Source of the DNA: an uncultured Treponemataceae bacterium
GTDB lineage: Bacteria; Spirochaetota; Spirochaetia; Treponematales; Treponemataceae
Assembly: GCA_964622185.1 (NCBI GenBank)
Contig: CAZUPJ010000001.1
Location: 1-30,482 of the forward strand
Direction of reading: 5' to 3'
DNA length: 30,482 nt
Positions within the stretch are counted from its first letter, which is position 1, and every line of letters begins with the position of its first letter. Below are positions 7,529 through 17,259 of this stretch, one piece after another. Position numbers and translations under genes: made by a program. The notes under the pieces were generated by a model. That model saw only the letters and a list, made by a program, of their open reading frames with translations, did not search any database and was not told where the DNA came from.

Positions 7529-9112
7529 ATGGCTAAAAAATTATCTCAAATTCTCCCCTCAGGCATTTCTTTTGACGGGGAAGATATGTTAATAACATCC
7601 CTTCTATTTGATTCACGATATGTAGAAAACGGCTCACTTTTTTTTGCTCTTCCAGGCGTGCATGTGCATGGAAATGACTATGTTGTAAAGGCCATTGAAA
7701 ATGGTGCTGTAGCCATTGTTTTTGAAGGCAGTTTACCCAATGAGGCAATAAAATGCGCAAAAGATAATGGTATAAGCCTTGTGTCAGTAAATGATGCACG
7801 TGCATCCATGTCGCCTATTGCAGCTTTGTTTTTCGATAATCCTAGCAAAAAACTTATTACCTTTGGAGTAACTGGCACGGAGGGAAAAAGCACGACCATT
7901 TTTTTAATTTGGCAGTTTTTACGTTTACTTGGCAAAAAAGCGGGCTTTATTTCTACTGTGCAGTATTCACTTGGCGATGAAGCAATAGATAACCCTGAAC
8001 ACCAAACAACGCCCGAAGCACCTATTGTGCAAGAAAAGTTATACCAAATGCTAGAAAATGGGTGCGAATATGCAGTAATTGAATCTTCATCTCACGGGCT
8101 TTCTTTTAAAACAAGTAGGCTTGCCGATATTCTTTTTGATGGCGTTGCTATGATGAATGTAACCCATGAGCATTTAGAGTTTCATGGAACATATGAACAA
8201 TATAAAAGCGATAAGGCAAACCTTTTTAGGAACCTTTGCCTACACGACCACAAAAAATGTGTGAACGGAAACGAAATTACTGTTGAGCCGCTTGGGGTAG
8301 TAAACGCGGCAGATCCTGCAGCCTCTTATTTTGCAGATTGTGCAAAAGGACATGAGGTAATTAGTTTTACGTCGAGCAACATGCACTGTAATAACAATAA
8401 ACAATCTTTTTCTTCACAATATACTATCGAAAATATTGTAAGCGATGAAAAAGGCGTAATATTCAATATTTGCACAAATGGTTCTTCGAAGGAAGCAAGA
8501 ATAAATCTTCCTGGTACGTTTAACGTCGACAATACACTTGCAGCAATGCTCTTAGTTTCAAAACTTACAGGCACGCCAATGGAAAAACTTATTGAACTTG
8601 CACCAAAACTTATTCCTGTTCGTGGGCGAATGACGGCAATTGATAATGGGCAACCCTTTGAAGTTCTTGTAGATTACGCCCATACACCTTCGTCATTTAC
8701 AACAATTTTTCCACCATTACGTGACAGAGTGAAAGGAAAAATAATTAGCATTTTTGGTTCGGGTGGAGAGCGTGATACAAAAAAACGTCCCATTCAAGGG
8801 GAAATTGCCTCCACTTATAGCGATGTAGTGATTCTTTCAGATGAAGATCCGCGCGGTGAAGATCCCACGGAGCTTTTAGAAGATATTGCAGTAGGCTGCA
8901 AAACTCTTGTTCGGGGAAAATCGCTTTTACTTATTACTGACCGCCCTACGGCAATTAGAAGGGCTTTTTCAATTGCCCAAAAGGGCGACCTTGTGCTTTT
9001 ATTGGGAAAGGCACACGAAAACTCAATTATTTATAAAGACTTTGTAATGGATTACGATGAAATAGAAGAGGCTGAAAAAGCCTTAGCTGAAATGGGCTTT
9101 GGAGGAAAGTGA
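7529..9112 (+). CDS. murE: UDP-N-acetylmuramoyl-tripeptide synthetase MurE
   Basis: DSR, GVTGTEGKSTT P-loop, TTPEA, ESSSHGL, VDYAHTP, GSGGERDTKKRP and LLLGKAHE motifs. Confidence 0.95.
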   Translation: MAKKLSQILPSGISFDGEDMLITSLLFDSRYVENGSLFFALPGVHVHGNDYVVKAIENGAVAIVFEGSLPNEAIKCAKDNGISLVSVNDARASMSPIAALFFDNPSKKLITFGVTGTEGKSTTIFLIWQFLRLLGKKAGFISTVQYSLGDEAIDNPEHQTTPEAPIVQEKLYQMLENGCEYAVIESSSHGLSFKTSRLADILFDGVAMMNVTHEHLEFHGTYEQYKSDKANLFRNLCLHDHKKCVNGNEITVEPLGVVNAADPAASYFADCAKGHEVISFTSSNMHCNNNKQSFSSQYTIENIVSDEKGVIFNICTNGSSKEARINLPGTFNVDNTLAAMLLVSKLTGTPMEKLIELAPKLIPVRGRMTAIDNGQPFEVLVDYAHTPSSFTTIFPPLRDRVKGKIISIFGSGGERDTKKRPIQGEIASTYSDVVILSDEDPRGEDPTELLEDIAVGCKTLVRGKSLLLITDRPTAIRRAFSIAQKGDLVLLLGKAHENSIIYKDFVMDYDEIEEAEKALAEMGFGGK

Positions 9113-10251
9113 TGATTGTAGCAGTTCTTTATGGGGGAAAAAGCGGTGAGCATGAAGTTTCACTTATTTCAGCATCCTCTGTTGTTAGAAATATTGATAG
9201 ACAAAAACATAGCATTGTATTAATAGGCATTACAAAAAAAGGCTTTTGGTATGTGCAAGAAGAAAGCGAACTTGAAAAACTTCTCAATAATACAACAGCA
9301 ACATTAGTAATTACAGAAAACAGTCAAAATCTTGTAACAATACAGCCTGGAGGCGGCACTGCTAACGCACTTTCACACAATGGAAAAAGCATTGCAGTTG
9401 ATGTTGTACTTCCTATTTTGCATGGGACTTACGGAGAAGATGGGCTTTTGCAAGGCCTGTTAGAAATGGCAGAGTTACCATATTGTGGCTGCGGCGTTAT
9501 GGCCAGTAGCATAGCAATGGATAAAGAAAAAGCTAAACAAGTGTGGCAACAAGAAGACTTACCTATTGTTCCTTATATTTGTATAAAATCTGCACAAAAA
9601 AATGAAAAAGAATTAGCAGACATTTTTTTACGCATAGAAAAAGAATTTGGCTTTCCTGTTTTTGTAAAACCTTGTTGTGCAGGAAGCTCTGTTGGAACTG
9701 CAAAGGCAAACAATACAAACGAGTTGCAGCAGGCCGTAGAAAATGCTTTTAAGTGGGATGAAAAAATTCTAGTTGAACCATTTATTCCCGCACGTGAAAT
9801 TGAGTGCTCTGTTACAGGAAATACATCAGAACTTTCTTTTCAAAATGGAAAAGAAAATCCTAGAAGTGTAAAATACTATGAACTGGGAGAAATTGCCCCT
9901 ACACATGAATTTTACGATTATGATGCAAAATATACTGACCCTAATGGGGCTGCACTTATTATTCCAGCAATAGTAACTCAAGAACAAGAATTAATAATAA
10001 AAGATTTTGCACAAAAAGCCTACAGAGCATTAGATTGTTCTGGACTTTCAAGGGTAGATTTTTTTATTGACAAATCAAACGGAGCAATTTTTATAAATGA
10101 GCTCAACACACTTCCTGGATTTACTTCTATAAGTATGTTTCCCAAAATGTGTGAGGCAGGTGGGTTAAACTATAAAGATGTTATCGAGCTCATTTTAGAA
10201 CAAGGCGTTGAAAGATTTAAAAGCAGACAATCTTTAACGACAAGTCTATAG
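9112..10251 (+). CDS. ddl: D-alanine--D-alanine ligase
   Basis: GGKSGEHEVS, LHGTYGEDGLLQG, GSSVG, FYDYDAKY and NELNTLPGFT motifs. GGAGGA RBS at 9101 favours ATG 9112 (GTG 9109 is an alternative); overlaps the murE stop. Confidence 0.95.
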   Translation: MIVAVLYGGKSGEHEVSLISASSVVRNIDRQKHSIVLIGITKKGFWYVQEESELEKLLNNTTATLVITENSQNLVTIQPGGGTANALSHNGKSIAVDVVLPILHGTYGEDGLLQGLLEMAELPYCGCGVMASSIAMDKEKAKQVWQQEDLPIVPYICIKSAQKNEKELADIFLRIEKEFGFPVFVKPCCAGSSVGTAKANNTNELQQAVENAFKWDEKILVEPFIPAREIECSVTGNTSELSFQNGKENPRSVKYYELGEIAPTHEFYDYDAKYTDPNGAALIIPAIVTQEQELIIKDFAQKAYRALDCSGLSRVDFFIDKSNGAIFINELNTLPGFTSISMFPKMCEAGGLNYKDVIELILEQGVERFKSRQSLTTSL

Positions 10252-10293
10252 GAAAAAAGAATTTTTTTGCTTGGAACCATATGGGGATAGTGT

Positions 10294-11754
10294 ATGAATA
10301 GTGTTAATATAAACAAAGTGCCGCATAGTTACGGAACTAAAAGACTTTTTAAGTCTTTTTCTGATATTAAGGGAAAGAATATTACCGTAATGGGACTTGG
10401 ATTGCATGGTGGAGGGGAAGCTTCGGTGCGCTTTTTCTTAAAGCATGGAGCTAGTGTTACTGTTACGGATATGAAAACAGAAGAAGAACTTAAGCCCTCG
10501 GTTGATTCGCTTATGAATGACTCCACTTTGGATACAAGCCATTTAAAGTTTGTGCTAGGGGAACACAGAATAGAAGATTTTGAACATGCCGACTGTGTGA
10601 TTAAAAACCCTATTGTAAAATACGAGGGAAGCCCATATCTTGTAGCGGCAAAACACATTGAAAGCGATATTTCTATTTTTTTACAATTTACAAAATCAAA
10701 AATTATTGCAGTTACTGGGAGCAAGGGAAAATCTTCTACTGTGAGTGCCATACATTACGGATTAAATGAAGCCGGGATAAAAACGCTTTTAGGCGGAAAT
10801 ATTACGGTGAGTCCTTTAACCTTTATTGATGAAACACTTGAAAAAAATGCACCAATTGTCGTGTTAGAGCTTTCAAGTTGGCAGCTTGCAGATTTGCGAG
10901 GACGAAAACTTCTTAAACCAATTATTTCAGTAATTACAAAAATTGTACCCGATCATCAGAATTGGTACGATAACATGGAATCCTATGTTGCTGATAAAAA
11001 ACTTATTTTTGTAGATCAAGATAAAAATGATGTTTTTTTATGTTCAACTGATGAAGATGGTTGGGGTGATATTTTTGCAAATGAGGCAAAAACGAATGTT
11101 GTTCGTTATCCAGATGACATTCCTGATTCTCTTTTTTATGGAGATGCTGAAAATGATGGTTGGCTTGATGAGTTGAAAGTTCCAGGGGAGCATAACAAAG
11201 AAAATGTTCTTAATGCTGCTTGTGTTATGAGTTTAATAGGTGTGCAAGATGATGATATTATTGATGTATTAAAAAAGTATCCAGGTATAGGTCATCGATT
11301 AGAGTATTTCCACTCTTGGAAAAATGCTAAGAACGAATACAAGTTTTATAATGACTCTGCAGCTACTGTCCCTGAATCAGTTGTTGCTGCAATAAATTCC
11401 TTCCCAGAGGGATTACTTCTGATTACTGGTGGAACTGATAAAGAGTTAGATTTTTTACCACTTGTAAAAGTCTTGGATGAAGCAAAGAATGAAAACTTAC
11501 ATGCACTCTTTTTGCTAGAAGGAACGGGTACAGACAAGCTTCTTTCTCTCTTAAAAGAAAAAGAAGTAGTGATTGATTACTCTGGGCCGTATAATAATTT
11601 GGCAGAACTTTTAGAAGATGTAAAAAAATATTTGAAAAGTGAAAAGGAGTCCTTTCCTGTTGTTTTTTCTCCAGGCGCTACTTCTTTTGGTATGTTTAAG
11701 AACGAATTTGATAGAGGGCTAACCTTTAAGGATTGTATAAAAAATCTTTTCTAA
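10294..11754 (+). CDS. murD: UDP-N-acetylmuramoyl-L-alanine--D-glutamate ligase MurD
   Basis: GLGLHGGG, AVTGSKGKSST, LELSSWQL, HRLE, YNDSAAT, GGTDK and FSPGATSFGMFKNEFDRG motifs. Confidence 0.95.
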   Translation: MNSVNINKVPHSYGTKRLFKSFSDIKGKNITVMGLGLHGGGEASVRFFLKHGASVTVTDMKTEEELKPSVDSLMNDSTLDTSHLKFVLGEHRIEDFEHADCVIKNPIVKYEGSPYLVAAKHIESDISIFLQFTKSKIIAVTGSKGKSSTVSAIHYGLNEAGIKTLLGGNITVSPLTFIDETLEKNAPIVVLELSSWQLADLRGRKLLKPIISVITKIVPDHQNWYDNMESYVADKKLIFVDQDKNDVFLCSTDEDGWGDIFANEAKTNVVRYPDDIPDSLFYGDAENDGWLDELKVPGEHNKENVLNAACVMSLIGVQDDDIIDVLKKYPGIGHRLEYFHSWKNAKNEYKFYNDSAATVPESVVAAINSFPEGLLLITGGTDKELDFLPLVKVLDEAKNENLHALFLLEGTGTDKLLSLLKEKEVVIDYSGPYNNLAELLEDVKKYLKSEKESFPVVFSPGATSFGMFKNEFDRGLTFKDCIKNLF

Positions 11755-11756
11755 TT

Positions 11757-12986
11757 CTAAAAAGAATTAATACTCGCACCAGTTCTAATTTGTTCAAAAA
11801 GATCTTCAAACTCATCTTGAAACATAATTCTGGGAACTGGATATTCAGGATTGCCCTCTTTTAGTGCCGTTTTTGATAGGTTAGGAATGTCTTCAACTTT
11901 TATTTCTGGAATGTTGTTTTGAACATGAATAGTGCTGTATAAAGTTGATATTGCTTCAATAAATTTTTGAGCTTTCATTTCTACCGCGTCCGACTCTTGA
12001 CTGATTCCAATATGGTCTGCTAAGATTGCTAATTTTTTGTGAGCTTCTTCTCCGTATTGATTAAGTACATAAGGAAGGGAAACTGAAACTGCAAGACCAT
12101 GCGGGATACCATAAAAAGCACCCAAGGTGTGCCCAATTGCATGGGCATAACCAACATAGGCTCTTGTAAAAGCAATTCCTGCAAGGTATGCAGCTTGTTG
12201 CATGTTTTCACGGGCTGTTATATTAGCACCATCTTTGTATGCTAAAGGTAGGTTTTCAAATATTATTTTTATTGCCGTTAATGCACATTTTTTTGTTTTA
12301 TTTGTATTGTTTCTACCAATAAAGGCTTCAACCGCATGTGTAAGAGCATCTAAGCCGGTTGTAGCCGTTATGCTAGGCGGAAGTCCAATCGTTAATTTTG
12401 GATCTAGTACTGCTCCATAAGGAATTAATGCTGGGTCTTTTATAGCATACTTTTCGTGGGCTTCAGATTCTGTTACAACTGCAGCAAGCGTTGTTTCGCT
12501 TCCGGAGCCAGCTGTAGTAGGCACTGCAAAAACAAAGGGAAGTCGTTTTAGGACTCGTAAAATACCTTTCATTTGTATAGGTTTTTTTGTAGGTTTTGCT
12601 GCTAGAGCAGCCGCAATTTTTGCACAATCTATTGAAGAACCACCTCCAATGGCAATAAAGGCTGTGCAGAAATTTTCTTTGTATATGTCGCAAGCTTCTT
12701 GTGCATTTTGTTCTGTTGGGTTTGGAACAGTTTTGTCATATACAAAGCATTCAATGTTAACATCTTCAAGTGCATTGAGAAGTAGTCGTAATATGCCTAT
12801 TTCTTTAATTCCCTTATCCGTAACTATGCAAATCTTTGTTTTCTTTTTTTTCAATAAAAAAGTTGCTAATTGTGAAAGGGCATCTTCACCTTTAAAAAGT
12901 TTTGGTTCCCGCCAAGGCAAAAACCAAGAAACAATATATACCCCTACTTGAAAACATCTATAAAAAAAACTACGTATTCCATCCAT
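11757..12986 (-). CDS. Iron-containing (type III) alcohol dehydrogenase
   Basis: GGGSSIDCAK, PTTAGSGSE, DALTHAVE, HAIGH and PHG motifs. ATG 12986 follows an AGGAGT RBS. Confidence 0.93.
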   Translation of the reverse strand: MDGIRSFFYRCFQVGVYIVSWFLPWREPKLFKGEDALSQLATFLLKKKKTKICIVTDKGIKEIGILRLLLNALEDVNIECFVYDKTVPNPTEQNAQEACDIYKENFCTAFIAIGGGSSIDCAKIAAALAAKPTKKPIQMKGILRVLKRLPFVFAVPTTAGSGSETTLAAVVTESEAHEKYAIKDPALIPYGAVLDPKLTIGLPPSITATTGLDALTHAVEAFIGRNNTNKTKKCALTAIKIIFENLPLAYKDGANITARENMQQAAYLAGIAFTRAYVGYAHAIGHTLGAFYGIPHGLAVSVSLPYVLNQYGEEAHKKLAILADHIGISQESDAVEMKAQKFIEAISTLYSTIHVQNNIPEIKVEDIPNLSKTALKEGNPEYPVPRIMFQDEFEDLFEQIRTGASINSF

Positions 12987-13067
12987 GAAAAACTCCTGAG
13001 TTGCCAAGCAAAAATATTTCTCGGCTCATCTTGATGTAAAATTATTCGCACTCCATGCGTAAAAAAA

Positions 13068-14237
13068 CTAGCAATAAGACTTTTGCATAATTTCTAAGCA
13101 ATCATCATCACTTAAGGAAACGGGATCACAGCCAAAAAGTCCGCCCATAGTATCTCGTGCAATTTTTACGAGATTTGGGAGTTCTTCTTGCTTTATACCA
13201 ATTTCAGACATCTTTAGACTGTCTACGCCACATGCTTTTTGTAAGTCCACCAATGCTGTAACAAAATCCATAGCCTCGGTTGCGTCTGTTTTTCCTAGGG
13301 CTTTTGCCATTGCAATCATTCTTTCATTGCAGGCCCCTTTTTTGGCAAACATAGTGTAATATTCACGGCTAATCATAATAAGTCCAGCACCATGAGTAAG
13401 TTTTGGATAACAAGCACTCATGGCATGTTCTAATGAGTGTTCAGATGTACATCCTGAAGTTGACTCAACCATTCCTGCAAGAGTGTTTGCAAGGGCAACA
13501 TCAGTTCGAGCTTCAATATCATTACCGTTATTTGCTGCTTTTACCAATGATTTTCCAATAAGTCTGATTGATTCAAGTGCATACATGTCGCTCATTACAT
13601 ATGCTGTATTGTTTATATAGCCTTCTGTTGCGTGGAATAGTGCATCAAAACCTTGATAGATGGTTAAGTCTTTTGGAACAGTAACCATGAGCTCAGGGTC
13701 AACAATTGAAAGAACAGGAAAAGTCTTATCATACCCGTATCCAATTTTCTCTTGTGTGTCTTCTTTTGTAATAACGGTCCAAGGGTCGGCTTCTGTTCCT
13801 GTTCCTGCCGTTGTAGTGATACATACAATTGGTAAAGGATCTGCCTTTGGAGTTTGACCTTTTCCGCTTCCACCGTTTATATAATCCCAGTAGTTGCCTG
13901 GGTTTGTTGCCATAAGTGCAATTGATTTTGCTGAATCCATGCTACTTCCACCACCAAGCCCAATAACAAAGTCGCATCCATTCGCTTTAGCAAATTCTGC
14001 TCCTTCCATTACGTGTTCTACAATTGGATTTGGAAGAATTTTATCAAATACAACAGAATCAACACCTGCTTTTTTTAATTCAGCTTCAACTCTTTCAAGA
14101 TAACCATTTGCTCTGGTTGATTTCCCCGCAGAGATAACAATAAGAGCTTTTTTACCAGGCAACACTTGTTCGTGAAGCGCATTAAGTTTTCCAGCACCAA
14201 ATAAAATTTTTGTAGGTATGCAATACGTAAAATTCAT
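13068..14237 (-). CDS. Iron-containing (type III) alcohol dehydrogenase
   Basis: GGGSSMDSAK, TTTAGTGTE, DALFHATE, HSLEH and THGAGL motifs; AAGGAAG RBS. Confidence 0.93.
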   Translation of the reverse strand: MNFTYCIPTKILFGAGKLNALHEQVLPGKKALIVISAGKSTRANGYLERVEAELKKAGVDSVVFDKILPNPIVEHVMEGAEFAKANGCDFVIGLGGGSSMDSAKSIALMATNPGNYWDYINGGSGKGQTPKADPLPIVCITTTAGTGTEADPWTVITKEDTQEKIGYGYDKTFPVLSIVDPELMVTVPKDLTIYQGFDALFHATEGYINNTAYVMSDMYALESIRLIGKSLVKAANNGNDIEARTDVALANTLAGMVESTSGCTSEHSLEHAMSACYPKLTHGAGLIMISREYYTMFAKKGACNERMIAMAKALGKTDATEAMDFVTALVDLQKACGVDSLKMSEIGIKQEELPNLVKIARDTMGGLFGCDPVSLSDDDCLEIMQKSYC

Positions 14238-14313
14238 ATATCTTCCTTTAAGTAATATTCTTTGAACATTATAGCATATTTTATATAGGAATGGCTAGAA
14301 GGTAATTTAAAAT

Positions 14314-15117
14314 TTAATGTAAGAGAATGTTATCGCTTGTTAAATCAGTGTTCTTTATTTGCTTAAAGCGATGAACAATATCATCCATTGTTAGTTTTGC
14401 TTTTTCGTTTGCATCAATATCAAGAATTATTGAACCTGCATCCATCATTAAAAGCCGGTTCCCATACTCTAATGCGTGGCTCATATTATGGGTAATCATC
14501 ATAACGGTTAAGTTAAAATCGGTAGCAAATTTTTGGGTAAGTTCCATAACGAGCTTTGCATTTGTCGGATCAAGGGCTGCTGTGTGTTCATCGAGTAAGA
14601 GTAAATCTGGCTTAGACATAACTGCCATTAAAAGGGTAAGTGCTTGGCGTTGTCCCCCTGAAAAAAGTTCAACATTGTCTTTAAGTCTGTTTTCAAGCCC
14701 CATTCCCAATACTTCAAGCTTAGATTTAAAGTAGTCTCTCATTTTATTGTTTAAACTAATTTTTAAACCTTTATTTCCTTTTTTGTGGCAAATTACCATA
14801 TTGTCTTCAAGGGTCATTTTTCCTGCAGTCCCTAAAAGGGGATTTTGAAAAATACGCCCAATATAACGAGAGCGCACGTATTCTTTATCTTTGCTAATAT
14901 CCTTTGTGCCTTTATCATTTGAAAGAAGAATGTTTCCTTTGCTTGCAGTGTATGTTCCTGCAATAACATTGTAAAGCGTTGATTTTCCCGCCCCGTTTGA
15001 ACCAATAACGGTTATAAAGTCGCCTTGGTTAATATGAAGATTAATGTTTGAAAGTGCTATATTTTCATCGGGCGTATCGGGTGCAAATACCATGTGAATG
15101 TTTTCTAGTGTAATCAT
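14314..15117 (-). CDS. ABC transporter ATP-binding protein (putative Trp/Tyr-type system)
   Basis: Walker A GSNGAGKST, signature FSGGQRQ, Walker B LLLLDEHTAALDP. Confidence 0.93.
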   Translation of the reverse strand: MITLENIHMVFAPDTPDENIALSNINLHINQGDFITVIGSNGAGKSTLYNVIAGTYTASKGNILLSNDKGTKDISKDKEYVRSRYIGRIFQNPLLGTAGKMTLEDNMVICHKKGNKGLKISLNNKMRDYFKSKLEVLGMGLENRLKDNVELFSGGQRQALTLLMAVMSKPDLLLLDEHTAALDPTNAKLVMELTQKFATDFNLTVMMITHNMSHALEYGNRLLMMDAGSIILDIDANEKAKLTMDDIVHRFKQIKNTDLTSDNILLH

Positions 15118-16019
15118 GTTGTGCTCCCTTTGATAAGTGATTTAAATCGCTTTAGTGCATCGGTTTGTGTTATTGTTAAACAAATAATGATAAGAAGCCC
15201 TGTAATAAGCTTTAAATCGTTGGGGCTCATGTTGATTAAAAATCCGTAACTGCGGGCAAAGTACATGAGCATTCGGTAAATTATAGAGCCTATAATTACT
15301 CGGAATGTAAGAAGTGCTATCTTATTTGAGCGAAGCACAAACTCTCCAATCATTAAGGAGGCTAGCCCCGACACTACAACGCCTGAACCTGAACCAACAT
15401 CGGCAAAACCTTGATACATGGCAGCTATTGCACCCGCTAAAGCACTTAAACCATTTGCAATGCAAATACCAACACCTTTTACAATTTCAGGATTCATTCC
15501 TTGTGAAATTACCATCTGAGGGTTTGATCCAAGGGCTCCCATGGTAAGACCAAAATCGGTATGGAAAAATAAATCTAAAAGCACCTTGGCTACAAGCACT
15601 AACAGTACTAAAAAAAGAACAACAGATATTTCGTTGCTCATAATAGATGAAAAAAGTTTGCTTATTGAAGAAAGTAGGGTTTCATTTCGTAAAAGTGAAA
15701 TATTTGCTCTGTTAGACATTATGCGTAAATTTATTGAATAGAGCATTGTCATGGTTAGAATACCCGCCAAAAGCCCTGGTATTTTTAATTTTGTGTGAAG
15801 CGTAGCGGTTACTAAACCTGCAAGAAGCCCTGCAAAAATTGCAACGAAAATTGCTACAATAGGATTTATGCCGTTCACAATAAGACTTGCTGCAACACTA
15901 GCACCGAGAGGAAAAGATCCATCAACGGTCATGTCGGCAAAGTTAAGTATTCTAAATGTGATAAAAACGCCCAAAACCATGAGGGCGTAAATTAAACCTT
16001 CTGTTAATATACTGTACAT
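15114..16019 (-). CDS. ABC transporter permease (putative Trp/Tyr-type system)
   Basis: Polytopic hydrophobic protein with FADMTVDGSFPLG, LLAGILTMTMLYSINLRIM and QGFADV; ATGA overlap with the ATPase gene. Confidence 0.92.
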   Translation of the reverse strand: MYSILTEGLIYALMVLGVFITFRILNFADMTVDGSFPLGASVAASLIVNGINPIVAIFVAIFAGLLAGLVTATLHTKLKIPGLLAGILTMTMLYSINLRIMSNRANISLLRNETLLSSISKLFSSIMSNEISVVLFLVLLVLVAKVLLDLFFHTDFGLTMGALGSNPQMVISQGMNPEIVKGVGICIANGLSALAGAIAAMYQGFADVGSGSGVVVSGLASLMIGEFVLRSNKIALLTFRVIIGSIIYRMLMYFARSYGFLINMSPNDLKLITGLLIIICLTITQTDALKRFKSLIKGSTT

Positions 16020-16034
16020 ATTTTAATTATACCA
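16020..16034 (-). promoter_or_regulatory. Internal extended -10 directly before the permease gene (leaderless)
   Basis: Minus strand TGgTATAAT-taaaat-ATG; no SD. Confidence 0.6.
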
Positions 16035-16059
16035 AAAATTGTATTGTGTGGAAAGGTAC

Positions 16060-16095
16060 AAAAACTTGCGCACAAATCATTGTTCGCAAGTTTTG
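16060..16095 (-). terminator. Hairpin/terminator after the substrate-binding protein gene
   Basis: AAAACTTGCG...CGCAAGTTTT inverted repeat, ending in T5 on the minus strand. Confidence 0.7.
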
Positions 16096-16111
16096 AATGT
16101 TATAGAAGCAA

Positions 16112-17113
16112 TTATTTTTCTGTTAACTGACCGTTTTCAATTATATAATTTGCTTGGTCTAGGTAACGTTGTGGAATGGTAATACCTGCATTTTTAGCTG
16201 CATCTAAATCGAAAAGTAAATCTGAATCTGTTGGTTCTGTCATGAAACGCACTGGAATATTTTCGGGACTTTCACCATTTAAGATTTGCACAACCATTTC
16301 ACCTGTTGCTCTACCAGCCTTATAGTAGTTAAAGCCTGACGCAATCATACAACCGCCATTTAAGGCACCTGTTACATCGCTTGAGAAAACGGGTTTTCCT
16401 GCATCATTAAAAACTTGTACAAGTGCTGGAAGTGCTGAAAAGACAGTGTTATCTGTTGTAAGGTAAATGCCGTCAACTCTGTTTATAATGGATTCTGCTG
16501 CTTGTTTTACCTCTGAAGAGTTTGCAATTGATTGTGTTACAAGTTCAATACCTATTGCTTTACAGGCATCTTCTACCATTGTAAGGGATGATATTGAGTT
16601 TGCTTCGTTGCTTGAATAAATGTACCCGAGCGTTTTAATTCCTGCAATTTCTGCAAACATTGTAATGTGTTCTGCTGTTGGAATGGCATCGCTCATGCCT
16701 GTTACGTTTGCTTCACCTTTGTCAACTGAACTAACAAGACCTGCTCCAACAGGGTCGGTAACTGTTCCAAAAACAACTGGAATATCTTTTAGCGTATTTG
16801 CTAAAGATATTGCAACGGGGGTTGCAATTCCTACTGCAACATCAACTTTTGCCGTTTTATACATGTTTGCAATTTGTGCTGCTGTATTTACATCTCCGTT
16901 TGCATTTTGAAGGTCAAAATCTGCATCAAAACCTGCTTCAGTTACAACATCAATAATTCCTTGTTCAACTGCATCAAGTGCATCGTGCTGCACAATCTTT
17001 GCAATACCAATTTTTACACTTCCATCATCTTTAGATTCTTCTGAACCCATTGCAAAAAGTGTTGCCAATGTAGTAAGTAATACTACTGTAATTAAACTCA
17101 TTCTTTTAAACAT
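16112..17113 (-). CDS. ABC transporter substrate-binding protein (ABC_sub_bind family, putative aromatic amino acid)
   Basis: IVQHDALD, QNANGD, VTDPVGAGLV, NVTGMSD, EANS and TDNTV motifs; signal peptide; AAGGAGA RBS. Confidence 0.92.
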   Translation of the reverse strand: MFKRMSLITVVLLTTLATLFAMGSEESKDDGSVKIGIAKIVQHDALDAVEQGIIDVVTEAGFDADFDLQNANGDVNTAAQIANMYKTAKVDVAVGIATPVAISLANTLKDIPVVFGTVTDPVGAGLVSSVDKGEANVTGMSDAIPTAEHITMFAEIAGIKTLGYIYSSNEANSISSLTMVEDACKAIGIELVTQSIANSSEVKQAAESIINRVDGIYLTTDNTVFSALPALVQVFNDAGKPVFSSDVTGALNGGCMIASGFNYYKAGRATGEMVVQILNGESPENIPVRFMTEPTDSDLLFDLDAAKNAGITIPQRYLDQANYIIENGQLTEK

Positions 17114-17163
17114 ACTATTCTCCTTGGATTGTTACTGTTTGTAGTAACGTTTCTGTTAATAGT

Positions 17164-17192
17164 AGCATATAACAGTTTTGTGTTTCTGTCAA
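17164..17192 (-). promoter_or_regulatory. Sigma70 promoter of the substrate-binding protein gene
   Basis: Minus strand TTGACA, 17 bp, TATGCT. Confidence 0.65.
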
Positions 17193-17223
17193 TAGTAATT
17201 TTGATTTTTTTCTTATTTTTTAC

Positions 17224-17248
17224 AAAAAAACCTGCCTTTCGGGCAGGC
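17224..17248 (-). terminator. Intrinsic terminator of ptsI
   Basis: Minus strand CCTGCC-cgaaa-GGCAGG-TTTTTTT. Confidence 0.88.
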
Positions 17249-17259
17249 GATACATTATT

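Noticed and set aside
17114..17220. T-box or other riboswitch upstream of the amino-acid ABC binding protein
   Set aside because: The predicted leader is only ~45 nt and I see no T-box motif or attenuator.
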